A stretch of DNA of 64,000 nucleotides from positions 1 to 64,000 of the forward strand of contig JAUCBJ010007236.1 of assembly GCA_032718475.1 (NCBI GenBank), in the 5' to 3' direction. Shown here in pieces: positions 13,401 through 24,636 of this stretch (position 1 is its first letter; each line of letters begins with the position of its first letter). This stretch comes from Nemertoderma westbladi. Taxonomy: Eukaryota; Animalia; Xenacoelomorpha. Both the position numbers and the translations under genes were made by a program. The notes under the pieces are model-generated. The model did not search any database and had not been told where the DNA came from. It was given only the letters and a program-made list of their open reading frames with translations.

Positions 13401-16400
13401 GACTTTTGGATGGTATAATTCCCACCCGCGATGAATTGGGAGGTAAGTATGCATCTGGCGGTCACTTAGGGCGTCTCTATGTGTTTTCCTTGATGTGGTC
13501 AATTGGTGCACTCTTAGAACTTGATGGAAGGGCTAAATTGCAAGAGTTCCTTCAAACAAAAGAGCTTGACCTTGATTTGCCGACAATGGATGAAAATGAT
13601 ACAATATTTGATTTTCTCGTCGATAAGAATGGTTCATGGGTGCACTGGAACAGTAAAGTCGAGGCATACACTTACCCAGCTGACCATACACCAGATTACT
13701 CCACTATCTTAGTTCCCAATGTAGACAACGTGAGAACCGACTTTTTAATGAACGCCATAGCCAAACAAGGTAAACCTGTATTGCTCATTGGCGAGCAAGG
13801 AACTGCTAAAACAGTTATGATAAAAGGATATATGGCTAAGTATAACCCAGAGTTTCATACGACTAAGGCATTAAATTTCTCGAGCGCGACAACACCTAAT
13901 ATGTTTCAGCGAACCATCGAGAGCTACATAGATAAACGTATGGGCTCCACTTATGGCCCACCTGCAGGGAAAAAGATGACTGTATTTATTGATGATGTCA
14001 ACATGCCAACTATTAACGAATGGGGCGACCAAATAACCAATGAGATTGTTAGACAGTTGCTAGGAAACAGCGGTTTTTACAACCTAGACAAACCTGGTGA
14101 CTTTACCACTGTTGTAGACTTGCAACTAATTGCTGCTATGATCCAACCAGGTGGAGGTCGGAACGACATTCCCCAGCGTTTAAAGCGACAATTCTCTATA
14201 TTCAATTGCACCCTTCCTAGTAATATTTCTATCGATAAGATATTTGGTATCATCGGTACTGGATATTTTTGTAAATCTCGTGGGTTCTCATCCGACGTTG
14301 CCGATCTAGTCTCTAAATTAGTACCTCTCACAAGGAGATTGTGGCAAGCTACTAAAATAAAAATGTTGCCAACCCCCGCCAAATTCCACTACATCTTTAA
14401 CTTGAGAGATTTGTCCCGAATCTGGCAAGGAATGTTGAACAGTATAGCTGAGGTTGTTACAGATACTTCGATTCTTATGAGCTTGTGGAAGCATGAGTGT
14501 CAACGTGTTGTTTCTGACAGGTTCACAAACGTCACGGATATTCAATGGTTTGATAGAAAGATGATCGCGTTGGTTACTGAGGAGTTTGGTGAGGATAAGG
14601 CCAATGTTCTATCAGAATCAAAGTATTTTGTTGATTTCTTGCGCGACGCCCCAGAACCCACTGGTGAAGAACCAGAAGACATGGAAATTGAGGCACCGAA
14701 GGTTTATGAAAGTTTTGAAACATGGGAAGTTTTACAACAGCGTTTGCTTATGTTCATGGCGCAACATAATGAGACAATTCGGGGTGCAGGAATGGATTTG
14801 GTCTTCTTCCAAGACGCCATGATCCATCTCGTCCGTATAAGTAGAATTATACGAACCCCGCAGGGTAACGCTCTACTGGTTGGTGTCGGTGGTAGTGGGA
14901 AGCAATCGCTTACGAAGTTGGCTTCCTTTATTGCTGGCTATAAAACCTTCCAGATAACTCTGACGCGTGCATACGGTGTCTCCAACCTAATGGATGATCT
15001 AAAGTATTTGTACAAAACTGCAGGAGGTAAAGGCCAAGGTATTACTTTCATTTTTACGGATCAAGAAATTAAAGAGGATGGTTTCCTTGAATATTTAAAC
15101 AATGTATTGTCAAGCGGGGAAGTTTCTAATCTTTTCCCGAAAGATGAAATGGATGAGATTCTCCAAGAATTGATTCCAGTTATGAAGAAGGAATTTCCCC
15201 GGCACCCTCCATCCAATGAAAACTTATACGACTATTTTCTTACTCGTGCAAAAAGGAACCTCCATGTGGCTCTTTGTTTTTCACCAGTTGGTGAAAAATT
15301 TCGAAGTCGTTCTATGAAATTCCCAGGTCTTATATCTGGGTGCACCATGGATTGGTTTCAACGGTGGCCGCGAGATGCATTAATTGCCGTGGCTGACCAT
15401 TTCTTATCGGTGTTTAATATTGACTGCGTTGAATTTGTCAAACAGGAACTCATTCAGTGCATGGGCTCCATCCATGATGGTGTGGCTGAAGCTTGTGTGG
15501 ACTATTTCCAACGGTTTCGCCGTGCAACTCACGTGACTCCAAAGTCATATTTATCGTTTTTGGGTTCTTACAAAGCCGTCTACGCAGAAAAGCATTCCCA
15601 CTTTTCCGAACTTGCGAGACGAATGAATACAGGTCTTGAAAAGTTGGTCGAGGCCCAAGAATCTATTGCAGTGCTCAGCAAGGAGCTCGCCGTAAAAGAA
15701 AAAGAATTGGCTGTTGCATCAGCTAAAGCAGAAGAAGTTCTTAAAGTAGTTACTGTATCAGCACAGGCTGCTGAGAAGGTCAAAAACCAAGTCCAAAAAG
15801 TAAAAGACAAGGCCCAAGTTATTGTAGATGCTATTGCAGAGGATAAGATTCTTGCAGAGGGAAAACTAGAGGCAGCAAAGCCTGCGTTGCAAGAAGCCGA
15901 ACATGCATTGCAAACCATTAAACCTGCGGACATTGCAACAGTGAGGAAACTAGGAAAACCACCCCATTTAATTATGAGAATTATGGATTGTGTTTTGATT
16001 CTATTCCAAAGGAAACTTGAGTCAACCCAGCAGGATCCCGAACGTCCTTGCCCCAAACCGTCGTGGGGAGACAGTCTCAAGCTGATGGCGCAGGGTGGCT
16101 TACTAAACAGCTTGGTTAACTTTCCTAAAGATACAATTAATGAGGAAACGGTTGAATTAATGAAGCCCTACATCGACATGGAAGATTACAATTATGACAA
16201 TGCGAAGAAAGTGTGCGGAAACGTTGCGGGGCTTTGCTCTTGGACCAAAGCAATGGTAATGTTTTTTGGAATAAACAAGGAGGTTCTACCATTGAAAGAT
16301 AATCTCCTGATTCAGGAGAAGAAACTTCAGTCAGCCATGAGCGACCTTAATAGCGCTCAGGCTCAACTTGATAGCAAACAAAGGGAATTGGATGCTGTGC

Positions 16401-19400
16401 AAGCAGAATATGATAAGGCGATGAAGGGTAAGCAGGATTTAATGGATGATGCTGATCGTTGCAAAAGGAAAATGGACACAGCCAGTACATTGATTAACGG
16501 CCTGGGTGGTGAAAAAACTCGTTGGACAAATCAGAGCAAAGAATTTATGGAGCAGATTGGTAGGCTTGTTGGAGATGTGCTAATGGGGTCTGCATTTTTG
16601 TCTTACTGTGGCCCCTTCAATCAGGAGTTTAGACAAATGCTACTCAAAAAGTGGCAGAAAGAAATGAAGTCGAGAAAGATTCCTTACAATATTGATCTCA
16701 ACTTAATAGATATGTTGGTAGAAGCAACAACAATAGCTGATTGGAGTTTACAGGGATTGCCTAATGATGAACTCTCTGTACAAAATGGGATCATTGTAAC
16801 AAGCGCGACGAGGTACCCTCTGCTAATTGACCCACAGACCCAAGGAAAGACTTGGGTTCGTAACAAAGAAGCAAACAAGGAACTTCAAATCACATCACTC
16901 AATCACAAGTATTTTAGAACGCATTTGGAGGATGCACTCTCATTGGGGCGACCGATGCTTATTGAAGATATTGGCGAGGATTTAGATCCAGCTTTGGATA
17001 ATGTGTTGGAGAAAAATTTTATTAAAGTTGGTAAAACTCTGAAAGTAAAAGTTGGAGACAAAGAGTGCGATGTCATGCCAGGATTTATGTTGTATTTGAC
17101 AACAAAGATGCCAAACCCTGTCTACACACCGGAGATTTCGGCAAAATCATCCATCATCGACTTCACGGTCACCATGAAAGGATTGGAGGATCAACTGCTG
17201 GGACGCGTTATCCTGACAGAAAAGAGCGAACTTGAAAGCGATCGAGTTAAACTCATAGAAGATGTTACCAACAATAAGAAGACTATGAAGGAGTTGGAAG
17301 ATAACCTGCTTTATCGCTTAACGTCCACACAAGGGTCACTTGTTGAGGATGAATCACTGATTACAGTATTACAAACAACAAAACGAACTTCCGATGAAGT
17401 CAATGAGAAACTGAAAGTGGCTGCCGAAACTTCTATCATGATAAACACGGCCCGTGAGGAATTCCGACCTGTAGCCACTCGTGGAAGCATCTTGTATTTC
17501 TTGATCGTGGAAATGTCTCAAGTTAATTGCATGTACCAGACAAGTTTGAAGCAATTTTTGGGTTGCTTTGATTTGTCAATGGAGAGAAGCAAGAAATCTC
17601 CTATAACTATTAAACGAATCAACAATATTATCGAGTATTTATCATTCGAAGTGTTCCGTTATACAGTTCGAGGACTTTACGAAGAACACAAAATTCTATT
17701 CACATTGCTGGTGGCACTTAAGATTGATCTGCAATCTAAGAAAATAAAACACGAAGAATTCCAAGTTCTCATTAAAGGTGGCGCAGCTCTCGATTTGAAC
17801 GACGTTCAAGCGAAACCTGCAAAGTGGATCAACGATATGGCGTGGCTGAATCTCGTCGAGTTGAGCAAACTGCCGTACTTCCGGGAGATATGCAACCAAG
17901 TGGAACGAAACGAACGACAATGGAAGGTTTGGTTTGATAAGGATGCTCCGGAGGAGGATGTTATACCGGACGGATACAATCAATCATTGGACACGTTCAG
18001 ACGTCTCCTAGTCATCCGATCGTGGTGCCCCGATAGAACACTGGCTATGGCGAAGTCCTACATAGCGGAGAGCATCGGGGACCGGTACGCGGAGGGCGTC
18101 ATACTCGACGTCGAAGAACTCTGGGCCGAAAGCGAGGCGCGGAGTCCCATCGTAGGTTTACTGTCGATGGGATCGGATCCCACCACCGCGATCGAACAGG
18201 TCGCCAAGAAGATTCAAGTCGAATGCCGTGCGATATCAATGGGTCAAGGGCAGGAGGTCCACGCCAGGAAACTTCTGCAGAACTTTACCACAAATGGCGG
18301 ATGGGCACTACTCCAGAATTGCCATTTGAGTTTGAAATTCTTAGATGAGATTATCACCATGATGACAGATCAGGAGGTTATGCACGAGGACTTTCGCTTG
18401 TGGATAACCACGGAAGTTCACCCGAAATTCCCGATCACTCTCCTGCAAATGTCGGTGAAATTCACCAACGAGCCACCCCAAGGGATTAGGCCGAGTTTGC
18501 GGAGAACCTACGTAGGAATGTCGCAGGATTTTCTCGACATCACAAACATGACGCAGTGGAAGCCCATGCTGTACGGCATCGCATTCATGCACACTACCGT
18601 CCAGGAACGACGGAAATTCGGGCCACTAGGATGGAACATCCCGTACGAATTCAACCAATCCGATTTCAACGCCACCGTCCAATTCATCCAGAACCACTTG
18701 GATGATATGGACATAAAGAAGGGCGTCTCGTGGAACACTGTTCGCTATATGATCGGGGAGATCCAATACGGTGGCAGAGTCACTGACGACTTCGATAAAC
18801 GACTTCTCAACACCTTCGCCAAGGTCTGGTTCAGCGAACAGATGTTTCTCCCTACCTTCCGGTTCTATAAGACGTACGCGATTCCTAAGTGTATGAACGT
18901 GGCCCAGTATATGGAAGCGATTAACGCGTTACCCCCCATAGACACACCTGAGGCCTTCGGTCTGCACCCTAACGCTGATATAACATACCAGTCGAACACA
19001 GCTAAGAATATTCTTGACACAATTTTAAGCATTCAACCAAAGGTTAGTAAATAATCCGTGTTGGGGTGTATATAGTGTTTCTTTATGTAAGATTATAAAT
19101 CGGTTGTTTTTTGTGCAATTATTTACATAAACAAGGTTTAATGTAAATTTGGTTCTTTACAAAAATTTTGAAAGAAATATTATTATTTTTGAGGTAGAGT
19201 TTGTACAATGAATGTAATTAAATTATAATTAGTAAGTTAATTAGTTTTTATTCTTTGGCACCTGTCTCGGTCAGTCACTCAGCGTTGATATAAAGTGTGA
19301 CGATATTTACCAACCCCCCCCCCCCCCCATCTCCCTCCTTCCTGTCACCTCACAATAATGTAATGTTCTAATTTAATTTAGTTATTAAAGTTCGAAGAGT

Positions 19401-22400
19401 CTAATAATTTCATATAGACCTAGTTACTTCATAATGTTTGAACACCATCTAGCCTTACATTGAGTCACTTTTCTTCAGGAAAGCGCTGGCGGTGGAGAGG
19501 AGACGAGAGAAACTGTCGTCGATCGGATGGCTAAGGATATGTTGGCCAAACTACCAGACGATTATCTTCCTTACGAAGTCAAGCAGCAACTCAATAAACT
19601 CGGGTCGTTACAGCCAATGAACATATTCCTGCGGCAGGTGAGAATTGATTCATTGGCTATATATTATAAAAAGTAATTACTAGTGGCGTGCAAGCACGCG
19701 GGATGTAAATCTTCTTTTCAGATTCAATCTATACACCAATTATTGTAGTAGTACGGTTGAAGGCATACATTATTACTAAAATTCATTCGCCTGGAATTAG
19801 TAATAAATTCACAATCGCCCATACCTTCACTGAGAAGGCTATCAGCTATGTATAATAATTAACACACACTAATGCTAACCTATGAAGAATTTCAAGTTTG
19901 TAAGGGGTGGAGTTTAGGCAGTAGGGCCTAAGCAAACAATATGGGTGTATTAAGTACAATAATATTGGCAACCTCATTTATACTAAGCCTGTGTAGAAAT
20001 CCATTACATAAGCAATTTTTCATCATGAACACCAGCTGTTATTGGTGTTATTTTACCATTGCGTCTACGGCACTTTTCGTTTATTTCATTTTTTGCAAAA
20101 ACTAATTACTGTATTTTTCTAAAAATTGCTTTATACACCCATTCACACCATACACTACTGGAGGGTACTAAAAACAACAAAATTGACCGGATAGTTTCGG
20201 AGCCTTTCTTGTGACAAACAAACAAACAGACAGACAGACACGATTTTCTTACAGTAAATAAATCTGAAGATTTACAAATTAATTACCATTACAAAAATTT
20301 ATTAATTACATTAACTTTCTCAGGAAGTAGACCGAATGCAGCGGGTTATCGCGACGGTTAGGGCCACGTTGATCGATCTGCAACTCGCTATCGAAGGAAC
20401 TATTATAATGAGCGAGAATCTTCGGGATGCCCTGGATGCGTTCTACGATGCTAGGATACCCGCGATATGGTTGAAGGTACGTTGTATCATGTGTTGCTAG
20501 GATACCCGCGATATGGTTGAAGGTAGGTTGTATCATGTGTTGCTAGGATACCCGCGATATGGTTGAAGGTACGTTGTATCATGTGTTGCTAGGATACCCG
20601 CTATATGGTTGAAGGTACGTTGTATCATGTGTTGCCATGATACCCGCTATATGGTTGAAGGTACGTTGTATCATGTGTTGCCAGGATACCCGCTATATGG
20701 TTGAAGGTACGTTGTATCATGTGTTGCTAGGATACCCGCGATAAGGTTGAAGGTACGTTGTATCATGTGTTGCTAGGATACCCGCTATATGGTTTGAAGG
20801 TACGTTGTATCATGTGTTGCTAGGATACCCGCGATATGGTTGAAGGTACGTTGTATCATGTGTTGCTAGGATACCCGCTATATGGTTGAAGGTACATTGT
20901 ATCATGTGTTGCTATGATACCCGCTATATGGTTGAAGGTACATTGTATCATGTGTTGCTACGATACCTGTTATATGGTTGAAGGTACGTTGTAACATGTG
21001 TTGCTAGGATACCTGCGATATGGTTGTGCGTCTATTTGTAATTTATTTTTTTGATCTTTAGGATTCATTTGATTTATCTTTATCTTTTCGGTAAATTTAT
21101 CTTCCATATGTTTTTATTGCAGGTTTCCTGGGAATCCAGTACTATTGGTTTCTGGTTCACCGAGTTACTGGAACGCAACTCTCAGTTCCACACCTGGTTA
21201 TTTGCGGGTCGACCCAACACGTTCTGGATGACGGGATTCTTTAACCCACAGGGATTTCTAACAGCAATGAAACAGGTTCGTATTAACCAATCATATTGCA
21301 GTAAGTCGGTACCTTCATTTAATCAGTTGACGTTACCATGACCTACTATAATAGGACATTATGTTACTACTGATCGCATGTCTGATCATACTCCTATATG
21401 GAGTCCATTCTGGGCTCTAACTGCTGAGGACACCAAATCTCTGGATGGCACATTCACAAGAATGCAACGCCGGGTTCATTGTGTCAAGTACAATGAACGC
21501 ATCTCCAACCAGACACTATATAACATTGGAGGTGTCTCATTGGTTCCCCCAAGCTTGACACTAGACAAAGCCGCCTCCGCTTTGCAGAACATTGTGTTCG
21601 CCGTGAGGACCGGCCTGTGGACAATCTTTTGCTTTGGCAGCCCCATGGAGAAATTAAGCATGGTGGACAGCCCATGACTTTCGTGAGACACCTCTTAAAG
21701 GACACTGGCCTTGAAGATGCCGATAATATAGCGCTGGTTCAACCCCCGGTGACGCGCTTTCTCATTTTTTCCACTTCTGAACAAACCCATAATATTACAC
21801 CTTTAATTACAGTTGCAATAACAGCTCAACTCCAATTCATTTATTAATAAGCCGACATTGCATTCATAATGCAGCTGCAATGCGGCATGTCGATTAACGA
21901 AGATGTGTTGCTGATAGTTATCATGTTGGCACTGACTACACTCATTCTTCTTTATTTAGACACGTTCCATTTACAGGTCTCTGTGATTGGTTAGTTTATC
22001 TCTAATATAATGAAACGTTTTTTATTTAGGAAGTGACTCGTGCCCACAAAGGATGGGCCTTAGATACTGTTGTATTACGCAATGACGTAACCAAGTTCCT
22101 TAAGGATGACGTCACTCAGCCACCCTCTGAGGGTGTCTATGTTTACGGTCTATATCTGGAGGGGGCCAGTTGGGATCGCCGTGGGTCTAAACTGATAGAA
22201 CCCAAACCTAAGGTTGGTAATTATAACCAGCATATTTTTATATAAATTGTATTTTATTATTTTTTTGAATATAAAATTTTTGAGATTAAACGTTTCTAAA
22301 CATGATTTTGGGTAACGCTTCTTGTGCCAACCAAGATGAGAATAATTATTGCATTATATTTAATATTCAAGCAATTGAAAAAAATTCATAAGTTTTAGTT

Positions 22401-23181
22401 ATCTCGTTTATCATTTCGCGGATTGGCCCCCTGAGAATGCCTTCCGATAGGGTGCGAAACCTATTGATCAGCTGACAGCGTTTTCTGATTACTAATTGCC
22501 TCCAACATTGGTCTACCGTATCGTTCTAGCTTGCATTACCTCATTACATACGATTTGGTATTTTACTCATAATAATAATTATAAATAACTATCAATTTAA
22601 TTATTATCTGGCTTTTTTCCTTCAATCATGTTAAGTGTGTTCAGCTTGCTATATAGGGATAATTTAAGTGGGTCTGTTCTATGCGCTGTTCATTAGGGAT
22701 AAAATCTCCGCTATACAGTCAGCCAGATAACATATCATCTTATTTTTAAACTCTCGAACTAAAATGAAGGTTATTTGTTTTAAACAAATAAAACTAAAAC
22801 TAAAACATACAAACAAATGAATGATATAACAATAGTGAAAAATATAACTTTATTTACCTTTGTTATTTTACAGTATCCACACATTTACTTTATTCCCCTA
22901 TGTTTTATTTCAGTAACACACTTTATTATTTTACCTAATATGTTGTCTTTGAGTATTTCTCAACTGTATTTCTTTAGGTTCTCTTTGAATCTCTACCCAT
23001 AATGCACATGTATGCTATAAACGCCACCACCTCCAGGGACCTCCGCATGTACGAATGTCCGATATACAAGAAACCCAGACGTACTGACCTCACTTACATT
23101 GCCGCAGTAGACCTAAAGACATCCCAGAACCCAGACCATTGGGTACTCCGTGGTGTAGCCTTGTTATGCGACATCAAATAA
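48..23181 (+). CDS. DNAH5: Axonemal outer-arm dynein heavy chain, DNAH5/DNAH8 (gamma) family; 5'-partial spliced gene. Exons: 48-67 (tentative), 7609-7726, 8011-8198, 8402-8514, 8807-8947, 9121-9400, 9880-19042, 19479-19637, 20324-20476, 21123-21275, 22030-22212, 22978-23181
   Basis: Exons join in frame across GT-AG introns. Four AAA P-loops are present ([32 protein letters not shown]) with the stalk region. The C-terminus [43 protein letters not shown] matches DNAH5/8 as I recall them. DNAH5 versus DNAH8 cannot be resolved in an invertebrate without a phylogeny. Confidence 0.95.
7609..7726 (+). CDS. DNAH5: Dynein exon ([39 protein letters not shown])
   Basis: Acceptor ttttatag| and donor CAG|gttggt; peptide resembles the DNAH5 tail region. 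Confidence 0.88.
8011..8198 (+). CDS. DNAH5: Dynein exon (WNKDRQPP...HHQTKNYF)
   Basis: Acceptor acattccag|TGG and phase-2 donor AA|gttagt; QTKNYFK is similar to DNAH5 QTKNYYK. Confidence 0.85.
8402..8514 (+). CDS. DNAH5: Dynein exon ([17 protein letters not shown]...FEKYS)
   Basis: Acceptor attccag|G and donor G|gtgagc; VSENKE..KLVSVLS motif. Confidence 0.9.
8807..8947 (+). CDS. DNAH5: Dynein exon ([28 protein letters not shown]...EPEFYAA)
   Basis: Acceptor tttccttag|AT and donor G|gtgagt; phase 1-1 fits both neighbours. Confidence 0.88.
9121..9400 (+). CDS. DNAH5: Dynein exon ([15 protein letters not shown]...[17 protein letters not shown]...[10 protein letters not shown])
   Basis: Acceptor attttcag|GT and phase-2 donor AA|gttcgt; [16 protein letters not shown] is a DNAH5/8 hallmark. 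Confidence 0.92.
9880..19042 (+). CDS. DNAH5: Giant 9,163-bp dynein exon (3,054 codons): distal tail, linker, AAA1-4, stalk/MTBD, AAA5-6
   Basis: Uninterrupted ORF (track ORF 9815..19054) with acceptor ctcccttag|A and donor AAG|gttagt; contains all four P-loops. Confidence 0.97.
19479..19637 (+). CDS. DNAH5: Dynein exon ([26 protein letters not shown]...PMNIFLRQ)
   Basis: Acceptor ttcttcag| and donor CAG|gtgaga; 53 codons of the C-terminal domain. Confidence 0.93.
19680..20270 (-). mobile_element. Putative non-autonomous Helitron-like element (~590 bp) in a dynein intron
   Basis: On the - strand it begins A|TC at 20270, carries a (CTGT)n(TTGT)n microsatellite near the 5' end, and ends in hairpin GCGTGC-TT-GCACGC followed by CTAG|T at 19680. 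The target site is AT with no TSD. Confidence 0.55.
20324..20476 (+). CDS. DNAH5: Dynein exon (EVDRMQRVI...[31 protein letters not shown])
   Basis: Acceptor tttctcag| and donor AAG|gtacgt; 51 codons; [14 protein letters not shown] motif. Confidence 0.93.
20449..21026 (+). repeat. 46-bp tandem repeat, ~12.5 copies; unit is the last 27 nt of the exon plus the first 19 nt of the intron (GCTAGGATACCCGCGATATGGTTGAAG|GTACGTTGTATCATGTGTT)
   Basis: Directly visible. The first copy overlaps the coding exon end and its donor, and later copies accumulate substitutions. Confidence 0.97.
21123..21275 (+). CDS. DNAH5: Dynein exon ([19 protein letters not shown]...[18 protein letters not shown])
   Basis: Acceptor ttattgcag| and donor CAG|gttcgt; [11 protein letters not shown] motif. 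Confidence 0.94.
21385..21730 (+). mobile_element. Degenerate RTE-clade non-LTR retrotransposon (LINE) 3' fragment in an intron
   Basis: Frameshifted translation [26 protein letters not shown]...ISNQTLY...[25 protein letters not shown]....G.P.TFV..L.KDTGL resembles the post-RT C-terminal region of RTE/RTEX ORF2 (recalled pattern LLYG.E.W.LT..LDG..TRMLR..RLRFAGH..LLW.P). Confidence 0.75.
22030..22212 (+). CDS. DNAH5: Dynein exon ([12 protein letters not shown]...[16 protein letters not shown]...EPKPK)
   Basis: Acceptor ttatttag| and donor AAG|gttggt; 61 codons. Confidence 0.94.
22978..23181 (+). CDS. DNAH5: Terminal dynein coding exon ending ...[14 protein letters not shown]
   Basis: Acceptor ttctttag| and TAA at 23179-23181; canonical axonemal dynein C-terminus. 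Confidence 0.95.
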   Translation, partial: VLFESLPIMHMYAINATTSRDLRMYECPIYKKPRRTDLTYIAAVDLKTSQNPDHWVLRGVALLCDIK

Positions 23182-23499
23182 ACTATATTAAACTGCCATT
23201 GGATGTCATGGCAACTTCCTGACATACATTATTTATAAATCATATTATCATGTTAATTATTTGTAATTGTAAAGTTTAATTTATTATGTAAACAATAGGT
23301 TCTGATTTTGATCCGTGGTATGATTACGCAATGTATAAGGTGTAAAGTATTCTGAAAAGTTTATATAACGATGTCTTAAACTGTTTATAAATTTCCAGCG
23401 TTGTATTTTATGTTATAAAGTCTGACAGAATTACTATAATTATTTTTGTATCCTAATTATTACTTTATTGTTTCCAATACTTTTTTTACTACTTCTGTG

Positions 23500-23505
23500 A
23501 ATAAA
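23500..23505 (+). promoter_or_regulatory. Likely polyadenylation signal of the dynein gene
   Basis: AATAAA ~320 nt after the stop, followed by a GT/T-rich tract at ~23547-23577. Confidence 0.55.
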
Positions 23506-23825
23506 CTAGTAACTATTAATAATTTCTTGTTTATACCTAATTATATGTGATGTCTTGTTTTGTTTTTTTATGTTTGAAAGTTAAGGTTGGTCGTTTGTGA
23601 ATTTATCATAGCTGCGATGTCCATGTTTGTTTCCTCTGTTTTATCTGATGAAATATAATTTAATTTAAGGTTTTATTTAACACATATTTTATTTTACTAG
23701 AAGAACACGAAATTAAAATGCCCTCACATATCTGGTAACCTCACATTGCCAACCTTCCATTTGATGACGTAAATAATAATGAATTATTGAACTTTCCTTT
23801 GATTGATTAGAAAAATGTCAAATAT

Positions 23826-23912
23826 GATAGCCCACAGTTGTCTTAGAACACACACACCCGGCTGATGTTAACCGGAAGTTTGACCTAGGTACCGGGTTCG
23901 AGCCCCAATAGG
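23826..23912 (+). mobile_element. Possible degenerate tRNA-derived SINE head
   Basis: A-box/D-arm-like TAGCCCACAGTTGTCTTAGAAC and B-box GGGTTCGAGCCCC about 65 nt apart; no complete cloverleaf. Confidence 0.35.
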
Positions 23913-24495
23913 ATCGATTGAAAGTTTTCGCTTTTGTGAGCATTATCATATTGTTCTATTACATTATTATATATTTGAAGACGAAAATGTCAATTCAACT
24001 CGCCCACACAAAAATAAGGAAGTCAAATTTTATAATTTTTTCTATTAATTTTTTTCCAGTTTTTAGATCATAAAAGAGCGCGTTCTAGGCCTACAGCCTT
24101 GTTTACCTGAGTGGTCAACTGCACATAGAAGTTTGGTGACCTAACGGATAGTCTAGCATGTGATCACTGTGTTTACTGGTGTGTACGTGTAGTTCACATA
24201 GTCTATCGTAGGCCTAGAGGTTCACCGCGCGGTCTACCTCTATGTTGGGGGTGAACATAACCCGATAGAAAAAAAACAAAAAACATACAGTAAAACACTA
24301 ATAAATTAGTGGTTTACTGTTTTACTAGTGTTTTCCTAATTTAGAATTATCCCTATTATTTTTACAAAGTCACATCAATACAATTATTGCAATTTTTGTG
24401 ACCAAAATCTCATATCTGCAACGTACCAATTATTAACGAATCAATAAACTACAACAAAAATTGAATATTGTAGCAACAAAAGCGGGTATTTCACA

Positions 24496-24501
24496 TTTAA
24501 T
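24496..24501 (-). promoter_or_regulatory. Candidate poly(A) signal (ATTAAA) of the minus-strand gene
   Basis: ~135 nt after the TAG, with GT/T-rich sequence downstream on the - strand (~24450-24480). Confidence 0.35.
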
Positions 24502-24636
24502 CAAAGATCTCATCTTCTTTTCAATCATATTGTAATAACTGCATCGTTTACAAGTAGTATTCCGCTACATTACTGCACCCACAGTGCAAATTATTATGAC
24601 GAACCGCATTCCGTGAAGGTCAACTGGAACCTATCG

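Noticed and set aside
10226-18738. Many 60-170-aa antisense or alternate-frame ORFs within the giant exon
   Set aside because: Shadow ORFs of the dynein coding sequence with no recognisable motifs.
22431-22480. Hammerhead-ribozyme-like CTGAGAA...CGAAAC (Penelope-type remnant)
   Set aside because: The core deviates from CTGANGA, and stems II and III cannot be convincingly paired by eye. An Infernal or RNAMotif hit would be needed.
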